The notes beneath the pieces were generated by a model. It was given only the letters and a program-made list of their open reading frames with translations. It searched no databases and was not told the DNA's origin. A DNA stretch of 64,000 nucleotides from Octopus bimaculoides (lineage: Eukaryota): positions 4,078,838 to 4,142,837 of the forward strand of contig NC_068997.1 of assembly GCF_001194135.2 (NCBI RefSeq). The letters run 5' to 3'. The position numbers and the translations under genes were made by a program. Position 1 is the first letter of the stretch. Every line of letters begins with the position of its first letter. Shown piece after piece: positions 25,905-37,374 of the stretch.

Positions 25905-26222
25905 ATGACATCACACCAGATTTCGCCTCATTTCTCGGCCTCTGCTGGTTGCTGTGAGTTGGCGAAACTGAGACCTATCCACTCTTTGATGTTACAAGCC
26001 TGTCTTTTCTTTGGCCTGCCTTGCTTTCGTTTCAACCTTCTTCTGTGCCCTGTAGGATTGTTTTTGCTAAGCCGGAGCTTCTTCCGACACGATGATTCCA
26101 TTGTATAATTATATATAACTGCACAAATTAATACAGCATCCGTTGCTCGCAGACGAATATGACTTGGCAAAACATTTTCTTGGACCATCCTACGCCCTTA
26201 ACCCATCGGAACATCCAGCATA
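25905..26222 (-). mobile_element. RTE-clade LINE C-terminal fragment
   Basis: [10 protein letters not shown] then RKQGRPKKRQACNIKEWIGLSFANSQQPAE, matching the RTE C-terminal pattern GRxRKRWxDNIKEWTGL. Confidence 0.7.
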
Positions 26223-26223
26223 T

Positions 26224-26284
<61 letters not shown>

Positions 26285-26330
26285 ACAGACAGACAGGCAG
26301 ACAGACGGACGGACGGACGGACAGACATGC

Positions 26331-26368
<38 letters not shown>
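26224..26368. repeat. Compound (GATA)/(GACA)/(GACG) tetranucleotide array
   Basis: Read directly. Confidence 0.9.
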
Positions 26369-26374
26369 CAATGT

Positions 26375-26520
26375 ATTAGCTCCCTGGATGGAGCCCATCA
26401 CAGCTGAGTAGACTGGTGCAATGTACAATGCAGCGCCTTGTTGAAGGAGACAATGCCCGGTCCAAGAAATGAAACCAGAACTGTTCCCCTATGAACTGAA
26501 CACTCAGACAACATAAGGCT
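26375..26520 (-). mobile_element. Degraded SINE-C-like fragment
   Basis: CAGCTGAGTAGACTGGTGCAATGT, GCCTTGTTGAAGGAGACAATGC resemble 9355-9415. Confidence 0.45.
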
Positions 26521-27349
26521 ACTGAATCACATAAACACAAACACCATAGATAATTTGTGTTTATGCTTAGATTATTACAGATGATATAGGCATCAGTCTA
26601 GGTGTGTATAAATATATATTATATAATCGTCTTGAGCACATCAATTCTTAATACGCTCCAGCAGTTTCGAAACTGAATATGCTAATCAATGTTATATTTT
26701 GCAATTGGAGAACAACTTCTTCTCTCAGACAACTGTGCCTTTATAACACCTAGATTCAGTAGGTTAAAGGGACTAAGGAACGCCAAAGAAAGAATTTCGA
26801 TTTCTATTAAGTTATTGTCATACGTTTTTTGTTGTCATTCTTTTTCATAACTGCTAGAAACGTTTAAGCGACCCACTTCAATTAAGACTGTATATATATA
26901 TATATGAGATCAAGTTTATATTCATTTATCAAAATCCTCTGACAGAAATGGCAATATTTGTTATTTCCCTGGAGAACTACCAAATAGCCTCTGGTAGTTT
27001 GACAGGTACAAGACATAAAATTATTACATTGCCACAATGCAATAGTTTTACTCACTCATGGCCGATAATTTAGGAGGTAGGATTGCCTACGCAAATATCT
27101 TACGAGTATATTTCTCTACATCTCGTTATATGGGGTCTCAGAAACCTTTATATTATATAAACACCCCTCCAAATAATCGTTTGTTTTAGTCTAAGTTCAA
27201 ATCCTATTACATTCGAGGTTCGATTCTTCCAAATAATCTATATTGGTCTTTCATCAATCAATGGTTGATCCAGAAAAACAACTATCTCTAATATACTGTG
27301 GTTCATTCTTATAATTTGTGAAATGTTATGTGGCATATCATCCATGTAC

Positions 27350-27630
27350 TCGAATAAGTCTCCTTGTTTGATCAGTTCGAAAGGGTTTTTATCTGGGCCT
27401 GGGGACTTCCTTAATCTCATTTGCGTCATAACTTGCATGAAATCTGGAAACGTAGGTCTCATGTTCATCCACGGCTGGGGAGCATCATTTGGAACTGTTT
27501 TTGAGTTTCTGTTTTGGAAGGTGGCAAAATGTTCCTTCCAGTGTAGGAGTATGTTTTGTGGATTGGTGAGGATATTCGATTTGACAGCTGCTAGGAGGGA
27601 TCCAGTTGATGTCCGTACTGGTCCATGTTA
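27350..27630 (-). mobile_element. RTE-clade LINE fragment (region between endonuclease and RT)
   Basis: My translation GPVRTSTGSLLAAVKSNILTNPQNILLHWKEHF...PTFPDFMQVMTQMRLRKSPGPDKNPFELIKQG fits the RTE YGP, LxRWxEHF, KAPGxDxIPxE pattern. Confidence 0.75.
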
Positions 27631-29379
27631 GAATGTTAAAATAGAGAGAGATTGCCGGACAAGGTGACCGTCGATGGACACAATAAGGATAGCAGAAAAT
27701 AACATGATGCTGGATAAGTAGAATGGTCAGATTAGTAAGATAACATGGTCCTTAGTAAAGTGTTTTTACGTTCAAGGTTTAAATTCCACCGACGTCGTCT
27801 TTACTAACATCTTTACAATGTTAAATATATTAATACCAGTCAACTACTGATGTCAATTTACCTACCTCCTTATTTATCGTTCCATATGTTTTTCTATCTA
27901 TCTACATTTCTATATTTTCTAACCTACCCATCTATCCACCAAACTTTCTGTCTTGCTGTCTATCTATGTACACACCAGTCTGTATATATTTCTCTATCAA
28001 AATATTTCACTCTCCCCTTTGTTTCACCTCTCCCTCTCTCTCTTATTACACATTCTTCACAAACATACGTTCATACAAACATCCACAAACCACTCACTAT
28101 ACACACACACACACATACACACACACACACACACACACATACACACACACACACAAAGGCATATACATACACACACGAATATACATAAGATACACCACAC
28201 GAGCACACACACATACGTAAAATTACAAGTGTTTTATGATAAGGCGATAAATGCATAATTATGCCCTCCATCTTTTAATATTTTCATTTTCATTCTTTAA
28301 CGTGTATCATTATCGTAAATTCTTTCTCAAACCTAAAATACTGTCTTTTGGCCGCTAGCAAAATAGTAATCCAAAAACTAAATGGCTTCCACTTATCCAT
28401 GTACAACCGTCGACATAATTGTTCTAATAAGTTTAATCAACCGTTGAAGTTGTTTTATGGAGTTGAAGTGAAGTATGATACAGTTTGTAGCCTGAAAACA
28501 TATCTAAAATAATACTTCAGTGACGGAAAATATTGCTTCGTCTTCTCAGGTATTTTAGTTAGCACACTTTGTATCATGTAGGGACTTAGTTTCATCTTCC
28601 TATAAAGCTTGGAGCGGTGTACGTGTTGTTGTTGTCATATTGCATTGGATGATGATACTCATTGTAGTACTCGGAGTCAAAGAGGCAGTAAAAGAGTACT
28701 AGTGAGGAATATTGATTACACTGGGAAACAGGGTTTTGTTGTCTGATGCTGGAGACATGTTTCCTACTAATTCGAAGGTGTTGATTTCATGCTCTGCCAC
28801 ATCAAGATTTTTCACAAACTGAGATGTCCATTTTTCAACATTTCTGGTATTGTCACCATTTCTAAGGATACGTGTGACTTCAGCAAATGCGAACCTTTGT
28901 ATGGAGCTTGACATAACTTTGAAAATATAGTTTTTCAATGTCATTTAAAGTAAATACAACTACAAAAGTGACGACAAAAGTTAGGATTTAAGTATCTTTA
29001 GTAAATAAAAAGTATCAAACTTGAGCAACTTTCAGTATTTTCAACCTAAACAGTTTCAAATTTCATGATGATGACAGAAATGTCCTTTATGTTTTTGGTA
29101 TTTTCAATATGCCCTTAATGTTTTGATTGTGAGGTCACATAGGTTAAAGCTGCTTTTTGTTAAGCATGGTCAAAGAACTATAAAAAGCACTTCATGGTAT
29201 CTATGCTCTTTAAAGAACTTTGCCATAACAAATCTGCATTTGCTTACTTTTATAACTGTTGACTATTCTGAAAATGCTTTCCCAGCTGACAACTGACTTC
29301 AATACGTTTTGTATTTCAGAGATATGGCCAGTTGTGAGAGAAGAGAATGTAAAAACTGTCCCGATGTCTTCTGCTTATA

Positions 29380-29435
29380 GGGACAAAAGGCCGCTGAGCA
29401 TACTTCCCGACGTGCTAAAGATTCTTTCAGCTCGC
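29380..29435 (-). mobile_element. SINE-B head fragment
   Basis: Minus strand GCGAGCTGAAAGAATCTTTAGCACGTCGGGAAGTATGCTCAGCGG. Confidence 0.6.
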
Positions 29436-29467
29436 AGTCTTGTTGTTGGGTCATCATATGATGGTCA

Positions 29468-29499
<32 letters not shown>

Positions 29500-29560
29500 N
29501 NNNNNNNNNNNNNNNNNNNNNNNNNNNNNNNNNNNNNNNNNNNNNNTATATATATATATA

Positions 29561-31655
29561 CCGTAAATCCTCGAGTATAGTCCGCCCTTTAGTATTATAC
29601 GCAGGTGATTTTTAGGGGTCAGTACCTCTGAAAAACCTAAACCTTGTGTATAATACGCACCCTTTCTCTAACTTGAACCAAGGAGGTCTATATAACGTCC
29701 TTCGTTTGTAAACATATATAAAGTAACGTCCTTTGTTATTATTGTATATATAACATAATGCAAACGTGTAGCTTTTTTGTGCACTTTGTTTGCAGAAAAT
29801 AAAGAAATAACAGTAATAACGTCAGGTCGGGAGCGCGAACCTTTCTACCTCTAGCGAACGACTTTTCTCCAGTCGACATCCATTCAGTCCATAAATCACG
29901 CAATTTGTTTTTAATCGGTTTGTTAATAGAGACATCTAATGGCTGCAATATGGCGGTCATACCCGCTGGAATGATAGCAACATCTGTTTTGTGATATTTG
30001 TTTAAATGTTTGAGTTTATCTTCACTTCTGTGGCATCTAAAAGCATCTAGTACAAGCAAGCTGTTGTGCTGTTTAATCGTTCGACCAGGACGATTTCCCC
30101 ATACAGTGTCAATCCAATCTCTAAATAACTCATCATCCGTCCAGCCTTTTTGTTGATATCTAACAATAATCCCTTTTGGAAATTCTACGTTTTTGGGTGC
30201 TGTTTTACGTTTGAATATTATATAAGGTTTAAGTTTGGTGCCATCAGCCATACAAGCTAACATGACGGTAAAACGATTTTTTTCATGGCCCGCAGTTTTA
30301 ATTGTAATTGAGGATGTACCACTGAAATCTATTGTACTATCTGCAGGCATATAAAAGATTAATGGGATTTGGCCCGCATTACCAATCAATGACAATGGGT
30401 AATCCTTTTCCCGTCGCATTTTAATAATAAACTTTTGAAAGTTCATTATCGTCACTTCAATATCAGCTGGTAACTTTTGTGAAATGTGGGTTCGCCTCCT
30501 AATAGACAAGTCATGCCTTGACATAAAGTTACTGGCCCAGCCACGTGATGCTTTAAATTCCGACTCATTAAGTTTTATCTTTTTAGCAATGAGTTTTGCC
30601 TGCTGCCTCAAATGTACTGTATTAATGGCTATTCCACCAAGTCTTCTTTCCTCTACCCATTCAAGCAAATTTTTATCAAGCTCAGGATGTTTGGCTTTAT
30701 TCCCCCTTCTTGCCTTCATTATCTTTGGCATCTGCTTAATTTCGTCTTTATTTCTTCTCCATAACCTGACATTGCTTTCGTCAACATCAAATTTTCTTCC
30801 GGCGGCCCTATTACCATGCTCTTCAACATATGATATAACTTCAAGTTTAAACATAGCCGAATAAGATCTATGAGGCATTTTATGGGCCTGTAATGTATAA
30901 AATGTTTTATTGAAGATTAATGTACAGGTTTAAGTCCCGCTTATAAAAAACCCTAGTGAAGACCCACAGTAGTTCAAACATTTAATACCGGTATTTAATT
31001 ATCTATTGTTTGCCACCGTAACGATGCAACCTGCTAATACAAACAGCAGGATAAACTATTTAGCGCCAGACTATTAAGCAGGCTTAGCTGAATGGAGGTG
31101 CTTGTCTCCCCCTTGTAAACATAAGGACACAGGAAATGTGTCAAGGCCGACAGGAAGCGGTGCAGCTTCCTAGGGCTAAATAGCAGTAGTATTATTCCCT
31201 TCATGGGACTGTCACATTAAGCTGACAGCATACAACTACTTTATTAAGCACAATTCGTGCGTAATTAAGCCAGCAGCACCTAGTCGAACACTTCCGCGCA
31301 TGCGTGATACAATAATGGTGATGTTCTTAACTGTTATATGGGAATGAAAATATGTTTGCAAATTGTTTTTGTTACATGTTATTTTGTGTTCTGAATACTT
31401 TTATCTTAATAAATGTTGCTTACTGCAAGTTATGGATGATTCTTTTATGACTTCATTTCTTTCAGGCTTAGCTTAAGGTATTTTCGCGCCCCACATCACA
31501 AAATGCGTCTGAAAAAATATTGCCGGACAGCAAATAGAGACTCGGGCATTGCTTAGGAAATATTTTTCATTTTTAACCTCGTATATAGTACGCACTAGGG
31601 AGTTTGACCTTTAAATTTTAGGGGAAAAATGCGAATTTTACTCGAGGATTTACAG
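29561..31655 (-). mobile_element. pogo-superfamily (POGK/Passer-like) DNA transposon with both TIRs and TA flanks
   Basis: TA|CCGTAAATCCTCGAGTATA at 29561 and TTTACTCGAGGATTTACAG|TA ending 31655 (17 of 19 match); repeated GCGTAYTATA-like subterminal motifs; transposase ORF inside. Confidence 0.92.
29739..30878 (-). CDS. pogo transposase: Brinker-type HTH, CENP-B/Tc5 HTH and DDE_1 domain; probably catalytically dead, C-terminus lost
   Basis: RSYSAMFKLEVI..GNRAAGRKFDVDESNVRLWR; FKASRGWASNFMSRHDLSIRRRT; NAGQIP (D1 to G), LLVLDAFRCH (D2), LQPLDVSINKP (D3), 36 residues between D2 and D3; reads into non-homologous sequence after RAPDLT. Confidence 0.85.
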   Translation of the reverse strand: MPHRSYSAMFKLEVISYVEEHGNRAAGRKFDVDESNVRLWRRNKDEIKQMPKIMKARRGNKAKHPELDKNLLEWVEERRLGGIAINTVHLRQQAKLIAKKIKLNESEFKASRGWASNFMSRHDLSIRRRTHISQKLPADIEVTIMNFQKFIIKMRREKDYPLSLIGNAGQIPLIFYMPADSTIDFSGTSSITIKTAGHEKNRFTVMLACMADGTKLKPYIIFKRKTAPKNVEFPKGIIVRYQQKGWTDDELFRDWIDTVWGNRPGRTIKQHNSLLVLDAFRCHRSEDKLKHLNKYHKTDVAIIPAGMTAILQPLDVSINKPIKNKLRDLWTEWMSTGEKSFARGRKVRAPDLTLLLLFLYFLQTKCTKKLHVCIMLYIQ

Positions 31656-31679
31656 TATAAATATACATGTATAATCCCC

Positions 31680-31890
31680 CGCCAAAACAAAACGAAGAAA
31701 AAACACAAGAAGAAAACAACAACGCGAGGACGTCGTGCATGTAAAGTATTAATAGACGCTCGGGGAAGGAAAGAAAGGTAGTCTTACGTTTGCAGCAAAG
31801 CTCTTCTTCAGAAACGGGAGTAAGAAGTAAGTCCAAGAGAAAAGGAAGGCGGAGGGAAAAATCGCCAACGATCCACGTGTAGTTTCATTT
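31680..31890 (-). mobile_element. Penelope-like non-autonomous repeat with a degenerate hammerhead-like core
   Basis: Minus strand TTTCTGAAGAAGAGCTTTGCTGCAAACGTAAGAC; homologous stretch at 38022-38087. Confidence 0.5.
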
Positions 31891-32323
31891 TGAAATAGAT
31901 ATATTGGAATATATAGACTTTGATTTTTATTCGCACACATAGCAACCCCAGTTGTTAACTGTGAACTATAAACTTTTTTTTTTTTAGGCGTATCGAAATT
32001 TCATATGGGAAAATTTTACAGCCTTCTTTCTATGTCAATAAACCGCTATTGTTCCTGAAAGTTGTTCTTCATACCTTCTACGGACTGCTCGAAATTAACT
32101 TCCCATATATGCACAGCCACATGTGTTCGTATTCATTATGAAAGAATTTCATTAATACATATTGTATGTATATTTGTGTACTATGTTACTTATATCATTT
32201 CATTAAAAATACCACGGGTGTAACGAAGTGTGGAAACAATGGTAGTAATATGAAATAATGAATGTCGTTCAATCCATTCTTTGTTACTCGTTTCTTTATG
32301 TATATGTATATACATAAGATGGG

Positions 32324-32375
<52 letters not shown>

Positions 32376-32391
32376 TCATATTACATATATG

Positions 32392-32435
<44 letters not shown>

Positions 32436-33056
32436 TGTGTATGTGTGTGTGTGTGTGTACATACATATATAGATACAGGTATGCTGTTTGGATTTGGCGT
32501 CTACCGATTTTCTGAGAATGAAATATATCGATCTATTTCGGAATAACTCCACATCCCACCGAACCCCTCCTACAATAGGGATTTCATTTCACTGAGATAA
32601 GGAGGCTGTAGTAGGGAGGGGATAACCAAACCAAAAAATTCGTTACTTTCAATATTTGTGTTTTATTTAATACCAGAAACAGATGGAAGCATTGCGATTG
32701 AGACGTGTCAACGTCGTCTTTTACGCAATTGTATGAATGCTATCAGTCGGATACATCAACAAAGAGTACGGAACAAGGCAAGGACATTAAAATGATTTTA
32801 ATGTTTTGTGAGGACCAATAACAGGAATAATAGCGAATGGAACCCTAATGGCTTCCATATTGTTATGTAGCGTGTAGAAAGAGATATCGTGTTGTCTAGG
32901 AAGGAGAGGACAGGCTGAAGATATTATCTCCCAATCGGAAGCGGAAATGACCTTTTATCAAAGTTATCATCTTGATAGATATCTGAAGAGTACTTTACTC
33001 AAGCCATAACTGATATGTTTGTGTACGTGTGGCTGAATGTGTGTGTTATGTGAGTG

Positions 33057-33087
<31 letters not shown>

Positions 33088-33219
33088 GTGTGAGTTTTGT
33101 GCGAGTGTGTTGTATGTGTGTTGTGTGAGTGTGAATGAGTTTTTGTAAGTATGTGCATGCATATATATATATACATATGTGCACATATTATATGTATAAT
33201 CACATAACATATGTATATA

Positions 33220-33313
<94 letters not shown>

Positions 33314-33327
33314 CATACTTATTATAT

Positions 33328-33362
<35 letters not shown>

Positions 33363-33669
33363 CCACTTGTCCTTCTACTCCATTTCTTTTAACAACACTC
33401 ACTCTCTCATACAACACACTCTCTCCATCTTTCTCACTTTCTCTCTCTCACACAGACATAGTTTCGTCCCATTCTCTCTCTCTCTCTCCTTCTCTCCCTC
33501 CATCTCTCCCTCTATCCGTATAAAACATCTTAATAGTTCCCAGTATACGCGCTTAAACCGGAGCCTCAACAAGTCTTTGTTTCATTAATATATTTGAAAA
33601 CATAATAAAAGTCAAGTGACTTCTTGGATAAGTTAACTACTCAAGACTTTTTCAAATATTTGCAACCCA

Positions 33670-33691
33670 TTATTGTTATTATTGATGTTGC

Positions 33692-33776
<85 letters not shown>
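33670..33776. repeat. (TAT)n, which is the (AAT)n tail/target of the adjacent Dong-like element
   Basis: Read directly. Confidence 0.95.
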
Positions 33777-33779
<3 letters not shown>

Positions 33780-33939
33780 TAGTTTTATTTCTATAACGTG
33801 CTTACACTTCACTACCGAGTGCAGCCCTGTGTGCCTTGGCTATGTGCTGTGGTTTGCTGTGATGCTCTTATGGTTACTGTATTGAAAGTGTTTTGCGTAG
33901 GATGTGTGCAGTGCCCAACAGTGTAATTTTCTGTATGTT
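33777..33939 (-). mobile_element. R4/Dong-clade LINE 3' end, heavily 5' truncated
   Basis: Minus strand encodes NIQKITLLGTAHILRKTLSIQ*, the typical C-terminus of R4/Dong RLE-type LINEs, then about 95 nt of 3' UTR and (AAT)n; (AAT)-like repeats also on the 5' side. Confidence 0.8.
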
Positions 33940-33972
33940 ATATTATTATTATTATCATTATCATTATTATTC

Positions 33973-34192
33973 AGGCGGCGAGCTGGCCAAACGTTAGCAC
34001 GCCGAGAGAAATGCTTGGCAGTATTTCGTCTGTCTTTACGTTGTGAGTTCAAATTCCGCTGAGGTCGACTTTGCCTTTTATCCTTTCGGGGTCGATAAAT
34101 TAAGTACCAGTTGCGTATTGGGGTCGATCTAATCGACTGGCCCCCTCCCCAAAAATATTGGGCCTTGTACTTAGAGTAGAAAATATTGTTAT
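33973..34192 (+). mobile_element. SINE family B, well preserved
   Basis: AGGCGGCGAGCTGG head directly after (TAT)n; GGCCTTGTACTTAGAGTAGAAAATATTGTTATT tail. Confidence 0.9.
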
Positions 34193-34214
34193 TTTTGCTG
34201 TTGTTGTTGTTGTT

Positions 34215-34420
34215 TTGTATCGCTCCTTAGTAAAGTCAACCCTGATCAAAAATATGCATTATCGGAGCCTTTCCTGTCGTGGCCGTTCAACATTTTAGTC
34301 TATATATATCTACATATATCCTGCCCGTATGAAAACGTTGAGATGTGATTTCAAATGACGTTTCGCTGTTTTTTCTAGCTGAATAAGTGGCTTCTTTCTG
34401 GACACACAAATCTTAAAGGA
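34215..34420 (+). repeat. Unclassified repeat family D after (GTT)n
   Basis: CAACCCTGATCAA, TGTGATTTCAAATG, GCTGTTTTTTCTAG are shared loosely with 37375-37745, 38420-38500 and 52160-52365. Confidence 0.45.
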
Positions 34421-34504
34421 CTCTAATGTAATTCACGTACATCTTACATCTTCATTTCTTCATACCTGAGGATGACGATTCCAAGATATAAAGGAACATA
34501 ACTA

Positions 34505-34822
34505 CATCCTTATTTCTTTATTGCATACAGGGAGCTAAACATAGAAGGTACAAACAAGGACAGACAAAGGGCTTAAGTCGATAAGATCGACCCCAGTTCG
34601 AAACTGGAACTTAATTTATCGACAAGGCTAGCAATTTCGAGGTAAGGCATGAGTCGAATACCTCGACCGCCAGTGTTTCCCTGGTACATATTTTTATCGA
34701 CCCTGAAAGGATGAAAAGCAAAGTCGACCTCGGCGGAATTTGAACTCAGAACTTAACAGAATACAAAATGACGCTAAGCATTTCGCCCGGCGTGCTAACG
34801 ATTCTGCCTACTCGCTGCCCTC
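34505..34822 (-). mobile_element. SINE-B copies including the dimer-linker variant
   Basis: Head at 34780-34822, B-box, core, and linker CTTATTTCTTTATTGC...GACAGACAAAGGG. Confidence 0.8.
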
Positions 34823-35304
34823 AACATAGCTACATATTGCTAGGTATTTTGCCCTATACTGAAACAATTAAGTCCTCTCCAGAAGAATTGCATTCAGCTT
34901 TCGGATGTTTTATAGAAATAGTTAACCCAAGTTTTGACTGGTATTGCATTCTAGCAACTATGGAAAGATGAAAAATAAAATTGGCTTCTGTTGATTTGAA
35001 CTCAGACAGTAAAGAGTCATAATTAAATAGTCTTACACATCTTATCCGACGCTCGAACAACCCTAGTCCTTCAACCTTCTCAATGTCTCATTAATTTATA
35101 GTGAGAGTATTTTGATTACGTTTATAGAAAACAGGGCCACAAGTTTGGTGTTCATTAAATGGAGCTCTTGGCTTACACAGCTGTCAAGAGCTGTGTTGAC
35201 CCGAAGGAGCTGCGTTCAAAATCATAAATTTACAACTAATCTTTACTGCAGAAATCTATTCTTTATAGCAATTTTCAATATAAAACAACAGATAATTCTT
35301 CCGT

Positions 35305-35337
<33 letters not shown>

Positions 35338-35552
35338 ATTTAATAATAGCTTAATCCAGCTCCATAAAACTTCGCTGAATGAACTTGTCTCGTACAGAGA
35401 TGTGCCTGTTTAGATACTTGACGAGATAGGTTCCTTCTACGAACCTACGAAATTTTAAGTTACGTGAAGAAACTAGATCAAACTGTTACTGCATAACATA
35501 TGTAACCTTTACTAAACGTATTGAGTAGCACTTGCTTTCGCTTGTTCATGCA

Positions 35553-35845
<293 letters not shown>

Positions 35846-36153
35846 TGGGTGGGAGAGTGCCAGAATTGCTGTCGCGTCGGCAGAAGTGCCGTACGGTATA
35901 TCTTCCAGCTCTCTATATTCTGAGCTCATATCCGCCCTTCTAGGAGAAGGCAACAGAAATCCACTCCAGTATTCATCTTATGTCTACTTGCACATATACA
36001 GAGAGAGCGGGGAGGGAGAAAGATAAATATAGGCATATGCATACATACGTACATACATACATACAGTTCTATATTTAAGAAATGAGGAATTATGTAGATT
36101 ATTTACCTTATTTACATTCGACGGATATTTGTCTTCATCTTGTTTGTTGTTAA

Positions 36154-36199
36154 CACACAACGTTTCGGCTGATATACCCTCCAGCCTTCTTCGGGTGTC
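36154..36199 (-). ncRNA. Minimal type-I hammerhead motif, mutated (U4 to C)
   Basis: Minus strand GACAC CCGAAGA A GGCTG GAGGGTATAT CAGCC GAAA CGT T GTGTG. Confidence 0.55.
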
Positions 36200-36234
36200 T
36201 TGAGGAAAAGAACCCAGGTTCGAAATTTCCCCAA

Positions 36235-36280
36235 GACACCTGAAGAAGGCTGGAAGGTATATCAGCCGAAACGTTGTGTT
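36235..36280 (+). ncRNA. Minimal type-I hammerhead ribozyme motif
   Basis: Stem I GACAC/GTGTT, core CTGAAGA (36240-36246), extra A, stem II GGCTG/CAGCC, GAAA (36268-36271), palindromic ACGT stem III, H17 = U at 36275. Confidence 0.72.
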
Positions 36281-36349
36281 AACAACAAACAAGATGAAGA
36301 CAAATATCCGTCGAATGTAAATAATGCAAATAATGTAAATAATGTTTTA

Positions 36350-36624
36350 TCTTTTCCTTCTTGCAATCATTGGATTGCAGTCATGCTGGTGCACCGCCTG
36401 AAGGGTTTTTAGTCGAACAGATTAATCTCAGAACTTTTAAAAGAAAATGGATACATACTCCATCCGTCTCTTTCGCCAAACCGTTAGTTTGCGGGAAAAA
36501 AACAAACAAACTTAAACTGATCGTCAAGCACTGGTAGGAGACAGACACAAACACAAAGTTGCACACACAGAAATGCATGCATACATTGATTGCATACATA
36601 CAGACATACATATTTATATACGCT

Positions 36625-36655
<31 letters not shown>

Positions 36656-36915
36656 ATATGTATGTATGTATGTATGTATGGATATATGCAAATACACACA
36701 CACATATATATATACATACACATACATACATATGTGCATATAATATATATATATATACATATATATAGACATGCACAACAGGCGTCTTCACTTCTGTCCA
36801 TGAGACGCCTCACAGGCTTTTTGTCAACCCGACGCTATAGTAGAAGACATTTACCCAAGCTGCCATGCAGTAGGACTGAACTGGGAACCATATGGTTGGG
36901 AAACAAATGTGTTAC
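36350..36915 (-). mobile_element. SINE-A with expanded central microsatellite
   Basis: Tail CATGCTGGTGCACCGCC, about 220 bp CA/TA/TATG spacer, GCTATAGTAGAAGACATTTACCCAAG core, GGACTGAACTGGGAACCATATGGTTG head. Confidence 0.75.
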
Positions 36916-37059
36916 CAGACCTTTACTTTAACCGGCAGAAGTCACACAAGAGCTCAGAGGCCGAGAGTTTCCACTTATCAAACTTGAGTCCTTTTGGAAT
37001 TTCTGCTAAATCGATGTACATAGGTGTGTGTGTGTGTGTGTGTGTGTGTNNNNNNNNNN

Positions 37060-37126
<67 letters not shown>

Positions 37127-37374
37127 CTGCGTGCGCACGCGTGTATGTGTGTTTGAGGAAGAGACAGAAAGAATATGTGTGTGAGTATTGTTAAAAGATT
37201 CAGGAAACCTTTGATTTTTCTATATTGGTGCCATTAACATTTTGTATTTCCTGGCTAACGTTTCAATGAACTGGCCGAAGTTTGTCATATCTTTAGATGT
37301 ACTCTGATTGGTCAGAGTGTGATGATATGATCTATACATTTTATTATTGATTAACGATTAACGCGTGCATTCAT

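Larger units (their letters stand above)
36064..36345. mobile_element. Fold-back of two Penelope-type pLTR-like units (arms about 36099-36208 and 36226-36333)
   Basis: Arms are near-perfect reverse complements (ATTTACATTCGACGGATATTTGTCTTCATCTTGTTTGTTGTTAAC vs GTTAACAACAAACAAGATGAAGACAAATATCCGTCGAATGTAAAT); each contains a CTGANGA...GAAACGT core. Confidence 0.8.

Noticed and set aside
34355-34385. Minus-strand GAAACGTC
   Set aside because: No upstream CUGANGA core
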